Below, piece after piece: positions 13,601 through 28,350 of a stretch of DNA of 64,000 bases (the first letter of the stretch is position 1; every line of letters begins with the position of its first letter). Source of the DNA: the human T2T-CHM13v2.0 reference genome, Homo sapiens; NCBI GenBank assembly GCA_009914755.4, contig CP086569.2, positions 61,824,001-61,888,000 of the forward strand, in the 5' to 3' direction. The notes beneath the pieces are model-generated. The model had not been told where the DNA came from. It worked only from the letters and a program-made list of their open reading frames with translations, and searched no databases. A program made the translations under genes and the position numbers.

Positions 13601-14175
13601 AATGGAATCGAGTCACAAGGAATGGACAGGAATAGAACGGTCTCGAATTGAATGGAATCGTATGGAATGGAATTCAACGGAATGGAATGGACAGCCACGG
13701 AATGGAATGCACTCGAATGCAATGGACTCGAAACTAATGGACTGGAATCGAATGGACTCGACTGGTACGGACTCCAATGGAATGGAATCGAATGGAATGG
13801 AATCGAACGGAATGGACTCGAAGTGATAAGAGTGCAATGGAAAGGTCTCGAATGGAATGGAAATTAATGGAATGGAATGGAATCGAATGAAATGGAGTCA
13901 AAAGGAATGGAATCGAATGGCAAGAAATCGAATGTAATGGAATCACAAGGAATGGATGTGAACGGAACGGAATGGAATGGAATCAAAGGAATGGAATCGA
14001 ATGGAATGGACTCGAATGGAAATGACTCGAATAGAATGGAATTCAACAAAATAGAATCAAATGTAATGGAATGGAATGGAAAGGAATCGAAACGAAAGGA
14101 ATGGAGACAGATGGAATGGAATGGAACAGAGAGCAATGGTATAGAATGGAATGGAATCATATGGAATGGAATTGA
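10642..14175 (+). repeat. HOR copy 4, 3534 bp, class A1-like head with a divergent tail (1-bp deletion near 13981; ctcgaatgcaatgg variant at 13701)
   Basis: Shares the copy-1 private variants (11474, 11554, 11190-11570, 12054, 13293). The tail carries private changes (13498 MHSSAFHS, 13864-14160 98-aa ORF). Confidence 0.88.
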
Positions 14176-17100
14176 ATGGAATGGAATAATATGAAATGGA
14201 ATGGAAAGGAATGGAATGCACTTGAATTAAATGGACTGGAATGGAATGGACTCGAACGGAGTGGAATGGAAAGGATTGAAATAGAATGGAATGGACTCCT
14301 TTGGAATCGTCTAGTATGCAATGCAAACGACTGGCAGGGAATCAAAAGGAATGTAATCGAATGGATTGGACTGGAATACAATGGACTCGAATACGTTGGA
14401 AACGGAATGCAATGGAATGGAATGGAATAGTATGGAATGGAACGGAAAGGAATGAAGTAGAATGGACTAGAGTGGAATGGAATGGACTCGAAAGCAATGG
14501 ACTGGAATGGAACGATCTTGAATGGACCGGAATCAAACGGAACGGAATGCAATGCAAGGCAATCAAATGGAATGGAATAAAAGAGAATGAAAGAGAATCA
14601 AATGCAATTGAATCGAATGGAATCGAATGGATTGGAAAGGAATAGAATGGAATGGAATGGAATTGACTCAAATGGAATGGACTAGAACGGAATGGAGTCG
14701 AATGGAAGGCAAAGGAATGGAATCTATTGGAATGGACTGTAATGGAATGGCATGGAAGGGATTGGAATGGACTCGAATGGAAAGGACTGCAATAGAAAGG
14801 ATTCGAATGGAATGAAAAAGAATTGAATGGAATAGAACAGAATGGAATCAAATCGAATGAAATGGAATGGAATAGAAAGGAATGGAATGAAATGGAATGG
14901 AAAGGATTCAAATGGAATGCAATCAAATGGAATGCAATCGAATGGAATGGAATCGAACGGAATGGAATAAAATGGAAGGAAACTGGCAAGAAATGGAATC
15001 GAAATGAATGGAGGGTTATGGAACGGACTCCAAAGGAATTGAATGTAATAGAATGGAGTGGAGTGGACTCGAATATAATGGACTGGAATGGAATGGAATC
15101 ACATGGAATGGGAACGAATGGAATGGAATGGAAAGGAATGGAATCGAATGGAAAGGAATCAAATGGAAGGGAATGAAATTGAATCAACAGGAATGGAAGG
15201 GAATAGAATAGACTGTAATGGAATGGACTCGAATAGAATGGACACGAATGCTCAAATTGGATGGACTCGAATGGAATGGAAACGAAAGGAATGTCATCGA
15301 ATGGAATTGAATCGATTGGAATGAAATGGCATAGAATGGAGTGGAATCAAAAGGAATTGAATCGAAAGGAAAGGAAGCGAATGGACTGAAATGAAATGGA
15401 ATGGAATTGAATGGAAAGTAATGCAATGGAATAGAATGGAACGAAATTTCACGGAATGGAATCAAACAGAATGGAATCAAATCAATGGAATATAATCAAA
15501 TGGAATGGAATGGAATGGAAAGGAATTGAATGGAATAGATTGGATAGGAAGGGATTGGAATGCAATGGAATGGAAAGGACTCGAATTTCATGAAACGGAA
15601 TGGAATGAATTGGAATGGAATGGACTCGAATGGAATGGAATGTCATGGAATGGCATCAAATGGAATGGAATCAAATGGAATGGCATTGAATGCAATGGAA
15701 TGTTATGGAATGGAATGGAATGTATTGGAATGGAATGTCCTCTAATGGAATGGATTCGAGTGGAATGGAATCGAATATAATGGAGTCGAATGAAATGGAA
15801 TTGAAAGGAATGGGATCGAATAGAATGGAATATACTGGAATGTAATGTAATGAAGTCGAATGTAATTGACTGGAATGGAATGTACATGAATGGAATGTAA
15901 TCGAATGGAAAGTAATCCAATGAAATAGAATCTAATGCAATAAAACCGACTCAAATGGAATAGAATGTAATGGAATGGAGTGCAGTGCAATGGAATGGAA
16001 TGGAATGGAATGCAATGGAGTGGAATGGAATGGAATGGGATGGAATGGTATGGAATGGATAGTAAAGAACTGGAGTGAAATGGACTGTAAAGGAATGGAC
16101 TCCAATTGAAAGGGCTCGAAAGGAATGGAGTCAAATGGAATGGTCTGGAATGGAATGAACTCGAATGTAATGCAATCCAATAGAATGGAATCGAATGGAA
16201 TGGAGTATAAAGAAATGGAATCGACGAGAATGGAAACAGATGGAATGGAATTGAAAGGAATGGAATTGAATGGAATGGGCACGAATGGAATGAAATTGTA
16301 TGGAATAGAAGAGAATAGAATGGAATGCAATGGATAAGAAAGGAATGGATTGGAATGGAAGGGAATGTAGTGTAATGGACTGGCATGGAATAAACTGGAA
16401 TGCTACGGTCTCAAATGGAATAAAAATGTATGGAATGGAATGCCATGAAATGGAATCGAATGTCATAGAATGTAATGGAATGCAAAGAAATGGACTCCAA
16501 AATCATTGACTGGAAAGGCTGGGTGTCGAAAGGAATTGACTCCAATGGAATGGAATCGAATGGAATGGAAGTGAATAGAATCGAACTAAATCGAATGGAA
16601 TGGAATTGATAGGAACGGAATGGAAAGGAATGGAATGATTTGGCATGAAATGGAATCGAATGGACTCGAATGGAATGGAATGGAATGCAATGGAATGGAA
16701 TGTATTAGAATGTAGTGAACTTTAATGGAATGAACTCGAATGGATTCGACTGGAATGGAATGTTCTGGAAGTGAATGGACTCCAATGGAATGGATTCAAA
16801 AGGAATGGAATCGAAGGGAATGGAATCTAATGGAATGGAATGAAATGGAAAGGAATCCAATCGAATAGCACGGAATTGAATTGAATGGAATCGAATGCAA
16901 TGGAATCTAATGAAACGGAAAGGAAAGGAACGGAATGGCATGGAATGGGCTGGAATGGAATGGAATCGAAACGAATGGAATGGAATCGAACTGAAGAGAC
17001 TGGAATGGAATGCACTGGCATGGAAGGGAGTTTAATGGAAGGTTCTCGAAAAGACTGGAATCGAATGGAATGGAATTGAATGGAACGGATATAGAGTCAA

Positions 17101-17710
17101 ATGGAATTGAATGGAATGGAATGGAGTAGAGTGAAATGGAATCGAGTCACAAGGAATGGACAGGAATAGAACGGTCTCGAATTGAATGGAATCGTATGGA
17201 ATGGAATTCAACGGAATGGAATGGACAGCCACGGAATGGAATGCACTCGAAAGCAATGGACTCGAAACTAATGGACTGGAATCGAATGGACTCGACTGGT
17301 ACGGACTCCAATGGAATGGAATCGAATGGAATGGAATCGAACGGAATGGACTCGAAGTGATAAGAGTGCAATGGAAAGGTCTCGAATGGAATGGAAATTA
17401 ATGGAATGGAATGGAATCGAATGAAATGGAGTCAAAAGGAATGGAATCGAATGGCAAGAAATCGAATGTAATGGAATCACAAGGAATGGATGTGAACGGA
17501 ACGGAATGGAATGGAATCAAAAGGAATGGAATCGAATGGAATGGACACGAATGGAAATGACTCGAATAGAATGGAATTCAATAAAATACAATCAAATGTA
17601 ATGGAATGGAATGGAAAGGAATCGAAACGAAAGGAATGGAGACAGATGGAATGGAATGGAACAGAGAGCAATGGTATATAATGGAATGGAATCATATGGA
17701 ATGGAATTGA
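14176..17710 (+). repeat. HOR copy 5, 3535 bp, class A2-like
   Basis: Anchor ORF at 14176 with the private ggaatcgtctag variant (ESSSMQ) also seen in copies 10 and 12. IPFDSTPF variant at 15184. No 25-bp duplication (ORF at 15505 is 91 aa). Confidence 0.88.
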
Positions 17711-20700
17711 ATGGAATGGAATAATATGAAATGGAATGGAAAGGAATGGAATGCACTTGAATTAAATGGACTGGAATGGAATGGACTCGAACGGAGTGGA
17801 ATGGAAAGGATTGAAATAGAATGGAATGGACTCCTTTGGAATGGTCTAGTATGCAATGCAAACGACTGGCAGGGAATCAAAAGGAATGTAATCGAATGTA
17901 TTGGACTGGAATACAGTGGACTCGAATACATTGGAAACGGAATGCAATGGAATGGAATGGAATAGTATGGAATGGAACGGAAAGGAATGAAGTAGAATGG
18001 ACTAGAGTGGAATGGAATGGACTCGAAAGCAATGGACTGGAATGGAACGATCTTGAATGGACCGGAATCAAACGGAACGGAATGCAATGCAAGGCAATGA
18101 AATGGAATGGAATAAAAGAGAATGAAAGAGAATCAAATGCAATTGAATCGAATGGAATCGAATGGATTGGAAAGGAATAGAATGGAATGGAACGGAATTG
18201 ACTCAAATGGAATGGACTAGAGCGGAATGGAGTCGAATGGAAGGCAAAGGAATGGAATCTATTGGAATGGACTGTAATGGAATGGCATGGAAGGGATTGG
18301 AATGGACTCGAATGGAAAGGACTGCAATAGAAAGGATTCGAATGGAATGAAAAAGAATTGTATGGAATAGAACAGAATGGAATCAAATCGAATGAAATGG
18401 AATGGAATAGAAAGGAATGGAATGAAATGGAATGGAAAGGATTCAAATGGAATGCAATCAAATGGAATGCAATCGAATGGAATGGAATCGAACGGAATGG
18501 AATAAAATGGAAGGAAACTGGCAAGAAATGGAATCGAAATGAATGGAGTGTTATGGAACGGACTCCAAAGGAATTGAATGTAATAGAATGGAGTGGAGTG
18601 GACTCGAATATAATGGACTGGAATGGAATGGAATCACATGGAATGGGAACGAATGGAATGGAATGGAAAGGAATGGAATCGAATGGAAAGGAGTCAAATG
18701 GAAGGGAATGAAATTGAATCAACAGGAATGGAAGGGAATAGAATAGACTGTAATGGAATGGACTCGAATAGAATGGACACGAATGCTCAAATTGGATGGA
18801 CTCGAATGGAATGGAAACGAAAGGAATGTCATCGAATGGAATTGAATCGATTGGAATGAAATGGCATAGAATGGAGTGGAATGAAATGGAATTGAATCGA
18901 AAGGAAAGGAAGCGAATGGACTGAAATGAAATGGAATGGAATTGAATGGAAAGTAATGCAATGGAATAGAATGGAACGAAATTTCACGGAATGGAATCAA
19001 ACAGAATGGAATCAAATCAATGGAATATAATCAAATGGAATGGAATGGAATGGAAAGGAATTGAATGGAATAGATTGGATAGGAAGGGGTTGGAATGCAA
19101 TGGAATGGAAAGGACTCGAATTTCATGAAACGGAATGGAATGAATTGGAATGGAATGGACTCGAATGGAATGGAATGTCATGGAATGGCATAGAATGGAA
19201 TGTCATGGAATGGCATCAAATGGAATGGAATCAAATGGAATGGCATCGAATGCAATGGAATGTTATGGAATGGAATGGAATGTATTGGAATGGAATGTCC
19301 TCTAATGGAATGGATTCGAGTGGAATGGAATCGAATATAATGGAGTCGAATGAAATGGAATTGAAAGGAATGGGATCGAATAGAATGGAATATACTGGAA
19401 TGTAATGTAATGAAGTCGAATGTAATTGACTGGAATGGAATGTACATGAATGGAATGTAATCGAATGGAAAGTAATCCAATGAAATAGAATCTAATGCAA
19501 TAAAACCGACTCAAATGGAATAGAATGTAATGGAATGGAGTGCAGTGCAATGGAATGGAATGGAATGGAATGCAATGGAGTGGAATGGAATGGAATGGGA
19601 TGGAATGGTATGGAATGGATAGTAAAGGACTGGAGTGAAATGGACTGTAAAGGAATGGACTCCAATTGAAAGGGCTCGAAAGGAATGGAGTCAAATGGAA
19701 TGGTCTGGAATGGAATGAACTCGAATGTAATGCAATCCAATAGAATGGAATCGAATGGAATGGAATATAAAGAAATGGAATCGACGAGAATGGAAACAGA
19801 TGGAATGGAATTGAAAGGAATGGAATTGAATGGAATGGGCACGAATGGAATGAAATTGTATGGAATAGAAGAGAATAGAATGGAATGCAATGGATAAGAA
19901 AGGAATGGATTGGAATGGAAGGGAATGTAGTGTAATGGACTGGCATGGAATAAACTGGAATGCTACGGTCTCAAATGGAATAAAAATGTATGGAATGGAA
20001 TGCCATGAAATGGAATCCAATGTCATAGAATGTAATGGAATGCAAATAAATGGACTCCAAAATCATTGACTGGAAAGGCTGGGTGTCGAAAGGAATTGAC
20101 TCCAATGGAATGGAATCGAATGGAATGGAAGTGAATAGAATCGAACTAAATCGAATGGAATGGAATTGATAGGAACGGAATGGAAAGGAATGGAATGATT
20201 TGGCATGAAATGGAATCGAATGGACTCGAATGGAATGGAATGGAATGCAATGCAATGGAATGTATTAGAATGTAGTGAACTTTAATGGAATGAACTCGAA
20301 TGGATTCGACTGGAATGGAATGTTCTGGAAGTGAATGGACTCCAATGGAATGGATTCAAAAGGAATGGAATCGAAGGGAATGGAATCTAATGGAATGGAA
20401 TGAAATGGAAAGGAATCCAATCGAATAGCACGGAATTGAATTGAATGGAATCGAATGCAATGGAATCTAATGAAACGGAAAGGAAAGGAACGGAATGGCA
20501 TGGAATGGGCTGGAATGGAATGGAATCGAAACGAATGGAATGGAATCGAACTGAAGAGACTGGAATGGAATGCACTGGCATGGAAGGGAGTTTAATGGAA
20601 GGTTTTCGAAAAGACTGGAATCGAATGGAATGGAATTGAATGGAACGGATATAGAGTCAAATGGAATTGAATGGAATGGAATGGAGTAGAGTGAAATGGA

Positions 20701-21270
20701 ATCGAGTCACAAGGAATGGACAGGAATAGAACGGTCTCGAATTGAATGGAATCGTATGGAATGGAATTCAACGGAATGGAATGGACAGCCACGGAATGGA
20801 ATGCACTCGAAAGCAATGGACTCGAAACTAATGGACTGGAATCGAATGGACTCGACTGGTACGGACTCCAATGGAATGGAATCGAATGGAATGGAATCGA
20901 ACGGAATGGACTCGAAGTGATAAGAGTGCAATGGAAAGGTCTCGAATGGAATGGAAATTAATGGAATGGAATGGAATCGAATGAAATGGAGTCAAAAGGA
21001 ATGGAATCGAATGGCAAGAAATCGAATGTAATGGAATCACAAGGAATGGATGTGAACGGAACGGAATGGAATGGAATCAAAAGGAATGGAATCGAATGGA
21101 ATGGACACGAATGGAAATGACTCGAATAGAATGGAATTCAATAAAATACAATCAAATGTAATGGAATGGAATGGAAAGGAATCGAAACGAAAGGAATGGA
21201 GACAGATGGAATGGAATGGAACAGAGAGCAATGGTATATAATGGAATGGAATCATATGGAATGGAATTGA
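17711..21270 (+). repeat. HOR copy 6, 3560 bp, class B
   Basis: 121-aa ORF at 19040 (25-bp duplication at ~19172-19216). MYGIEQ at 18358. Private ORF at 19971-20255. Confidence 0.9.
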
Positions 21271-24200
21271 ATGGAATGGAATAATATGAAATGGAATGGA
21301 AAGGAATGGAATGCACTTGAATTAAATGGACTGGAATGGAATGGACTCGAACGGAGTGGAATGGAAAGGATTGAAATAGAATGGAATGGACTCCTTTGGA
21401 ATGGTCTAGTATGCAATGCAAACGACTGGCAGGGAATCAAAAGGAATGTAATCGAATGTATTGGACTGGAATACAGTGGACTCGAATACATTGGAAACGG
21501 AATGCAATGGAATGGAATGGAATAGTATGGAATGGAACGGAAAGGAATGAAGTAGAATGGACTAGAGTGGAATGGAATGGACTCGAAAGCAATGGACTGG
21601 AATGGAACGATCTTGAATGGACCGGAATCAAACGGAACGGAATGCAATGCAAGGCAATGAAATGGAATGGAATAAAAGAGAATGAAAGAGAATCAAATGC
21701 AATTGAATCGAATGGAATCGAATGGATTGGAAAGGAATAGAATGGAATGGAACGGAATTGACTCAAATGGAATGGACTAGAGCGGAATGGAGTCGAATGG
21801 AAGGCAAAGGAATGGAATCTATTGGAATGGACTGTAATGGAATGGCATGGAAGGGATTGGAATGGACTCGAATGGAAAGGACTGCAATAGAAAGGATTCG
21901 AATGGAATGAAAAAGAATTGTATGGAATAGAACAGAATGGAATCAAATCGAATGAAATGGAATGGAATAGAAAGGAATGGAATGAAATGGAATGGAAAGG
22001 ATTCAAATGGAATGCAATCAAATGGAATGCAATCGAATGGAATGGAATCGAACGGAATGGAATAAAATGGAAGGAAACTGGCAAGAAATGGAATCGAAAT
22101 GAATGGAGTGTTATGGAACGGACTCCAAAGGAATTGAATGTAATAGAATGGAGTGGAGTGGACTCGAATATAATGGACTGGAATGGAATGGAATCACATG
22201 GAATGGGAACGAATGGAATGGAATGGAAAGGAATGGAATCGAATGGAAAGGAGTCAAATGGAAGGGAATGAAATTGAATCAACAGGAATGGAAGGGAATA
22301 GAATAGACTGTAATGGAATGGACTCGAATAGAATGGACACGAATGCTCAAATTGGATGGACTCGAATGGAATGGAAACGAAAGGAATGTCATCGAATGGA
22401 ATTGAATCGATTGGAATGAAATGGCATAGAATGGAGTGGAATGAAATGGAATTGAATCGAAAGGAAAGGAAGCGAATGGACTGAAATGAAATGGAATGGA
22501 ATTGAATGGAAAGTAATGCAATGGAATAGAATGGAACGAAATTTCACGGAATGGAATCAAACAGAATGGAATCAAATCAATGGAATATAATCAAATGGAA
22601 TGGAATGGAATGGAAAGGAATTGAATGGAATAGATTGGATAGGAAGGGGTTGGAATGCAATGGAATGGAAAGGACTCGAATTTCATGAAACGGAATGGAA
22701 TGAATTGGAATGGAATGGACTCGAATGGAATGGAATGTCATGGAATGGCATAGAATGGAATGTCATGGAATGGCATCAAATGGAATGGAATCAAATGGAA
22801 TGGCATCGAATGCAATGGAATGTTATGGAATGGAATGGAATGTATTGGAATGGAATGTCCTCTAATGGAATGGATTCGAGTGGAATGGAATCGAATATAA
22901 TGGAGTCGAATGAAATGGAATTGAAAGGAATGGGATCGAATAGAATGGAATATACTGGAATGTAATGTAATGAAGTCGAATGTAATTGACTGGAATGGAA
23001 TGTACATGAATGGAATGTAATCGAATGGAAAGTAATCCAATGAAATAGAATCTAATGCAATAAAACCGACTCAAATGGAATAGAATGTAATGGAATGGAG
23101 TGCAGTGCAATGGAATGGAATGGAATGGAATGCAATGGAGTGGAATGGAATGGAATGGGATGGAATGGTATGGAATGGATAGTAAAGGACTGGAGTGAAA
23201 TGGACTGTAAAGGAATGGACTCCAATTGAAAGGGCTCGAAAGGAATGGAGTCAAATGGAATGGTCTGGAATGGAATGAACTCGAATGTAATGCAATCCAA
23301 TAGAATGGAATCGAATGGAATGGAATATAAAGAAATGGAATCGACGAGAATGGAAACAGATGGAATGGAATTGAAAGGAATGGAATTGAATGGAATGGGC
23401 ACGAATGGAATGAAATTGTATGGAATAGAAGAGAATAGAATGGAATGCAATGGATAAGAAAGGAATGGATTGGAATGGAAGGGAATGTAGTGTAATGGAC
23501 TGGCATGGAATAAACTGGAATGCTACGGTCTCAAATGGAATAAAAATGTATGGAATGGAATGCCATGAAATGGAATCGAATGTCATAGAATGTAATGGAA
23601 TGCAAATAAATGGACTCCAAAATCATTGACTGGAAAGGCTGGGTGTCGAAAGGAACTGACTCCAATGGAATGGAATCGAATGGAATGGAAGTGAATAGAA
23701 TCGAACTAAATCGAATGGAATGGAATTGATAGGAACGGAATGGAAAGGAATGGAATGATTTGGCATGGAATGGAATCGAATGGACTCGAATGGAATGGAA
23801 TGGAATGCAATGGAATGGAATGTATTAGAATGTAGTGAACTTTAATGGAATGAACTCGAATGGATTCGACTGGAATGGAATGTTCTGGAAGTGAATGGAC
23901 TCCAATGGAATGGATTCAAAAGGAATGGAATCGAAGGGAATGGAATCTAATGGAATGGAATGAAATGGAAAGGAATCCAATCGAATAGCACGGAATTGAA
24001 TTGAATGGAATCGAATGCAATGGAATCTAATGAAACGGAAAGGAAAGGAACGGAATGGCATGGAATGGGCTGGAATGGAATGGAATCGAAACGAATGTAA
24101 TGGAATCGAACTGAAGAGACTGGAATGGAAGGCACTGGCATGGAAGGGAGTTTAATGGAAGGTTCTCGAAAAGACTGGAATGGAATGGAATGGAATTGAA

Positions 24201-24830
24201 TGGAACGGATATAGAGTCAAATGGAATTGAATGGAATGGAATGGAGTAGAGTGAAATGGAATCGAGTCACAAGGAATGGACAGGAATAGAACGGTCTCGA
24301 ATTGAATGGAATCGTATGGAATGGAATTCAACGGAATGGAATGGACAGCCACGGAATGGAATGCACTCGAAAGCAATGGACTCGAAACTAATGGACTGGA
24401 ATCGAATGGACTCGACTGGTACGGACTCCAATGGAATGGAATCGAATGGAATTGAATCGAACGGAATGGACTCGAAGTGATAATAGTGCAATGGAAAGGT
24501 CTCGAATGGAATGGAAATTAATGGAATGGAATGGAATCGAATGAAATGGAGTCAAAAGGAATGGAATCGAATGGCAAGAAATCGAATGTAATGGAATCAC
24601 AAGGAATGGATGTGAACGGAACGGAATGGAATGGAATCAAAAGGAATGGAATCGAATGGAATGGACTCGAATGGAAATGACTCGAATAGAATGGAATTCA
24701 ACAAAATAGAATCAAATGTAATGGAATGGAATGGAAAGGAATCGAAACGAAAGGAATGGAGACAGATGGAATGGAATAGAACAGAGAGCAATGGTATAGA
24801 ATGGAATGGAATCATATGGAATGGAATTGA
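21271..24830 (+). repeat. HOR copy 7, 3560 bp, class B (first B of the B-C dimer run)
   Basis: 121-aa ORF at 22600. MYGIEQ at 21918. Confidence 0.9.
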
Positions 24831-27800
24831 ATGGAATGGAATAATATGAAATGGAATGGAAAGGAATGGAATGCACTTGAATTAAATGGACTGGAATGGA
24901 ATGGACTCGAACGGAGTGGAATGGAAAGGATTGAAATAGAATGGAATGGACTCCTTTGGAATGGTCTAGTATGCAATGCAAACGACTGGCAGGGAATCAA
25001 AAGGAATGTAATCGAATGGATTGGACTGGAATACAATGGACTCGAATACATTGGAAACGGAATGCAATGGAATGGAATGGAATAGTATGGAATGGAACGG
25101 AAAGGAATGAAGTAGAATGGACTAGAGTGGAATGGAATGGACTCGAAAGCAATGGACTGGAATGGAACGATCTTGAATGGACCGGAATCAAACGGAACGG
25201 AATGCAATGCAAGGCAATCAAATGGAATGGAATAAAAGAGAATGAAAGAGAATCAAATGCAATTGAATCGAATGGAATCGAATGGATTGGAAAGGAATAG
25301 AATGGAATGGAATGGAATTGACTCAAATGGAATGGACTAGAACGGAATGGAGTCGAATGGAAGGCAAAGGAATGGAATCTATTGGAATGGACTGTAATGG
25401 AATGGCATGGAAGGGATTGGAATGGACTCGAATGGAAAGGACTGCAATAGAAAGGATTCGAATGGAATGAAAAAGAATTGAATGGAATAGAACAGAATGG
25501 AATCAAATCGAATGAAATGGAATGGAATAGAAAGGAATGGAATGAAATGGAATGGAAAGGATTCAAATGGAATGCGATCAAATGGAATGCAATCGAATGG
25601 AATGGAATCGAACGGAATGGAATAAAATGGAAGGAAACTGGCAAGAAATGGAATCGAAATGAATGGAGGGTTATGGAACGGACTCCAAAGGAATTGAATG
25701 TAATAGAATGGAGTGGAGTGGACTCGAATATAATGGACTGGAATGGAATGGAATCACATGGAATGGGAACGAATGGAATGGAATGGAAAGGAATGGAATC
25801 GAATGGAAAGGAATCAAATGGAAGGGAATGAAATTGAATCAACAGGAATGGAAGGGAATAGAATAGACTGTAATGGAATGGACTCGAATAGAATGGACAC
25901 GAATGCTCAAATTGGATGGACTCGAATGGAATGGAAATGAAAGGAATGTCATCGAATGGAATTGAATCGATTGGAATGAAATGGCATAGAATGGAGTGGA
26001 ATGAAATGGAATTGAATCGAAAGGAAAGGAAGCGAATGGACTGAAATGAAATGGAATGGAATTGAATGGAAAGTAATGCAATGGAATAGAATGGAACGAA
26101 ATTTCACGGAATGGAATCAAAACAATGGAATATAATCAAATGGAATGGAATGGAATGGAAAGGAATTGAATGGAATAGATTGGATAGGAAGGGATTGGAA
26201 TGCAATGGAATGGAAAGGACTCGAATTTCATGAAACGGAATGGAATGAATTGGAATGGAATGGACTCGAATGGAATGGAATGTCATGGAATGGCATCAAA
26301 TGGAATGGAATCAAATGGAATGGCATCGAATGCAATGGAATGTTATGGAATGGAATGGAATGTATTGGAATGGAATGTCCTCTAATGGAATGGATTCGAG
26401 TGGAATGGAATCGAATATAATGGAGTCGAATGAAATGGAATTGAAAGGAATGGGATCGAATAGAATGGAATATACTGGAATGTAATGTAATGAAGTCGAA
26501 TGTAATTGACTGGAATGGAATGTACATGAATGGAATGTAATCGAATGGAAAGTAATCCAATGAAATAGAATCTAATGCAATAAAACCGACTCAAATGGAA
26601 TAGAATGTAATGGAATGGAGTGCAGTGCAATGGAATGGAATGGAATGGAATGCAATGGAGTGGAATGGAATGGAATGGGATGGAATGGTATGGAATGGAT
26701 AGTAAAGGACTGGAGTGAAATGGACTGTAAAGGAATGGACTCCAATTGAAAGGGCTCGAAAGGAATGGAGTCAAATGGAATGGTCTGGAATGGAATGAAC
26801 TCGAATGTAATGCAATCCAATAGAATGGAATCGAATGGAATGGAGTATAAAGAAATGGAATCGACGAGAATGGAAACAGATGGAATGGAATTGAAAGGAA
26901 TGGAATTGAATGGAATGGGCACGAATGGAATGAAATTGTATGGAATAGAAGAGAATAGAATGGAATGCAATGGATAAGAAAGGAATGGATTGGAATGGAA
27001 GGGAATGTAGTGTAATGGACTGGCATGGAATAAACTGGAATGCTACGGTCTCAAATGGAATAAAAATGTATGGAATGGAATGCCATGAAATGGAATCGAA
27101 TGTCATAGAATGTAATGGAATGCAAAGAAATGGACTCCAAAATCATTGACTGGAAAGGCTGGGTGTCGAAAGGAATTGACTCCAATGGAATGGAATCGAA
27201 TGGAATGGAAGTGAATAGAATCGAACTAAATCGAATGGAATGGAATTGATAGGAACGGAATGGAAAGGAATGGAATGATTTGGCATGAAATGGAATCGAA
27301 TGGACTCGAATGGAATGGAATGGAATGCAATGGAATGGAATGTATTAGAATGTAGTGAACTTTAATGGAATGAACTCGAATGGATTCGACTGGAATGGAA
27401 TGTTCTGGAAGTGAATGGACTCCAATGGAATGGATTCCAAAGGAATGGAATCGAAGGGAATGGAATCTAATGGAATGGAATGAAATGGAAAGGAATCCAA
27501 TCGAATAGCACGGAATTGAATTGAATGGAATCGAATGCAATGGAATCTAATGAAACGGAAAGGAAAGGAACGGAATGGCATGGAATGGGCTGGAATGGAA
27601 TGGAATCGAAACGAATGGAATGGAATCGAACTGAAGAGACTGGAATGGAATGCACTGGCATGGAAGGGAGTTTAATGGAAGGTTCTCGAAAAGACTGGAA
27701 TGGAATGGAATGGAATTGAATGGAACGGATATAGAGTCAAATGGAATTGAATGGAATGGAATGGAGTAGAGTGAAATGGAATCGAGTCACAAGGAATGGA

Positions 27801-28350
27801 CAGGAATAGAACGGTCTCGAATTGAATGGAATCGTATGGAATGGAATTCAACGGAATGGAATGGACAGCCACGGAATGGAATGCACTCGAAAGCAATGGA
27901 CTCGAAACTAATGGACTGGAATCGAATGGACTCGACTGGTACGGACTCCAATGGAATGGAATCGAATGGAATGGAATCGAACGGAATGGACTCGAAGTGA
28001 TAAGAGTGCAATGGAAAGGTCTCGAATGGAATGGAAATTAATGGAATGGAATGGAATCGAATGAAATGGAGTCAAAAGGAATGGAATCGAATGGCAAGAA
28101 ATCGAATGTAATGGAATCACAAGGAATGGATGTGAACGGAACGGAATGGAATGGAATCAAAAGGAATGGAATCGAATGGAATGGACACGAATGGAAATGA
28201 CTCGAATAGAATGGAATTCAATAAAATACAATCAAATGTAATGGAATGGAATGGAAAGGAATCGAAACGAAAGGAATGGAGACAGATGGAATGGAATGGA
28301 ACAGAGAGCAATGGTATATAATGGAATGGAATCATATGGAATGGAATTGA
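24831..28350 (+). repeat. HOR copy 8, 3520 bp, class C (15-bp deletion at ~26117-26121)
   Basis: aatcaaaacaatgg junction at 26117, where the A/B classes have aatcaaacagaatggaatcaaatcaatgg. Split ORFs at 25839-26120 (93 aa) and 26104-26286 (60 aa). MNGIEQ at 25478. Confidence 0.9.

Noticed and set aside
14391-14407. CENP-B-box-like string atacgttggaaacggaa in copy 5 (cattggaaacgg in the other copies)
   Set aside because: It matches the TTGGAAACGG core. Both essential blocks are mutated: TACG instead of TTCG, and CGGA instead of CGGG. It is present in only one copy through a single A-to-G change, and GGAA-rich sequence makes this chance resemblance likely. This is not alpha satellite (no 171-bp period).
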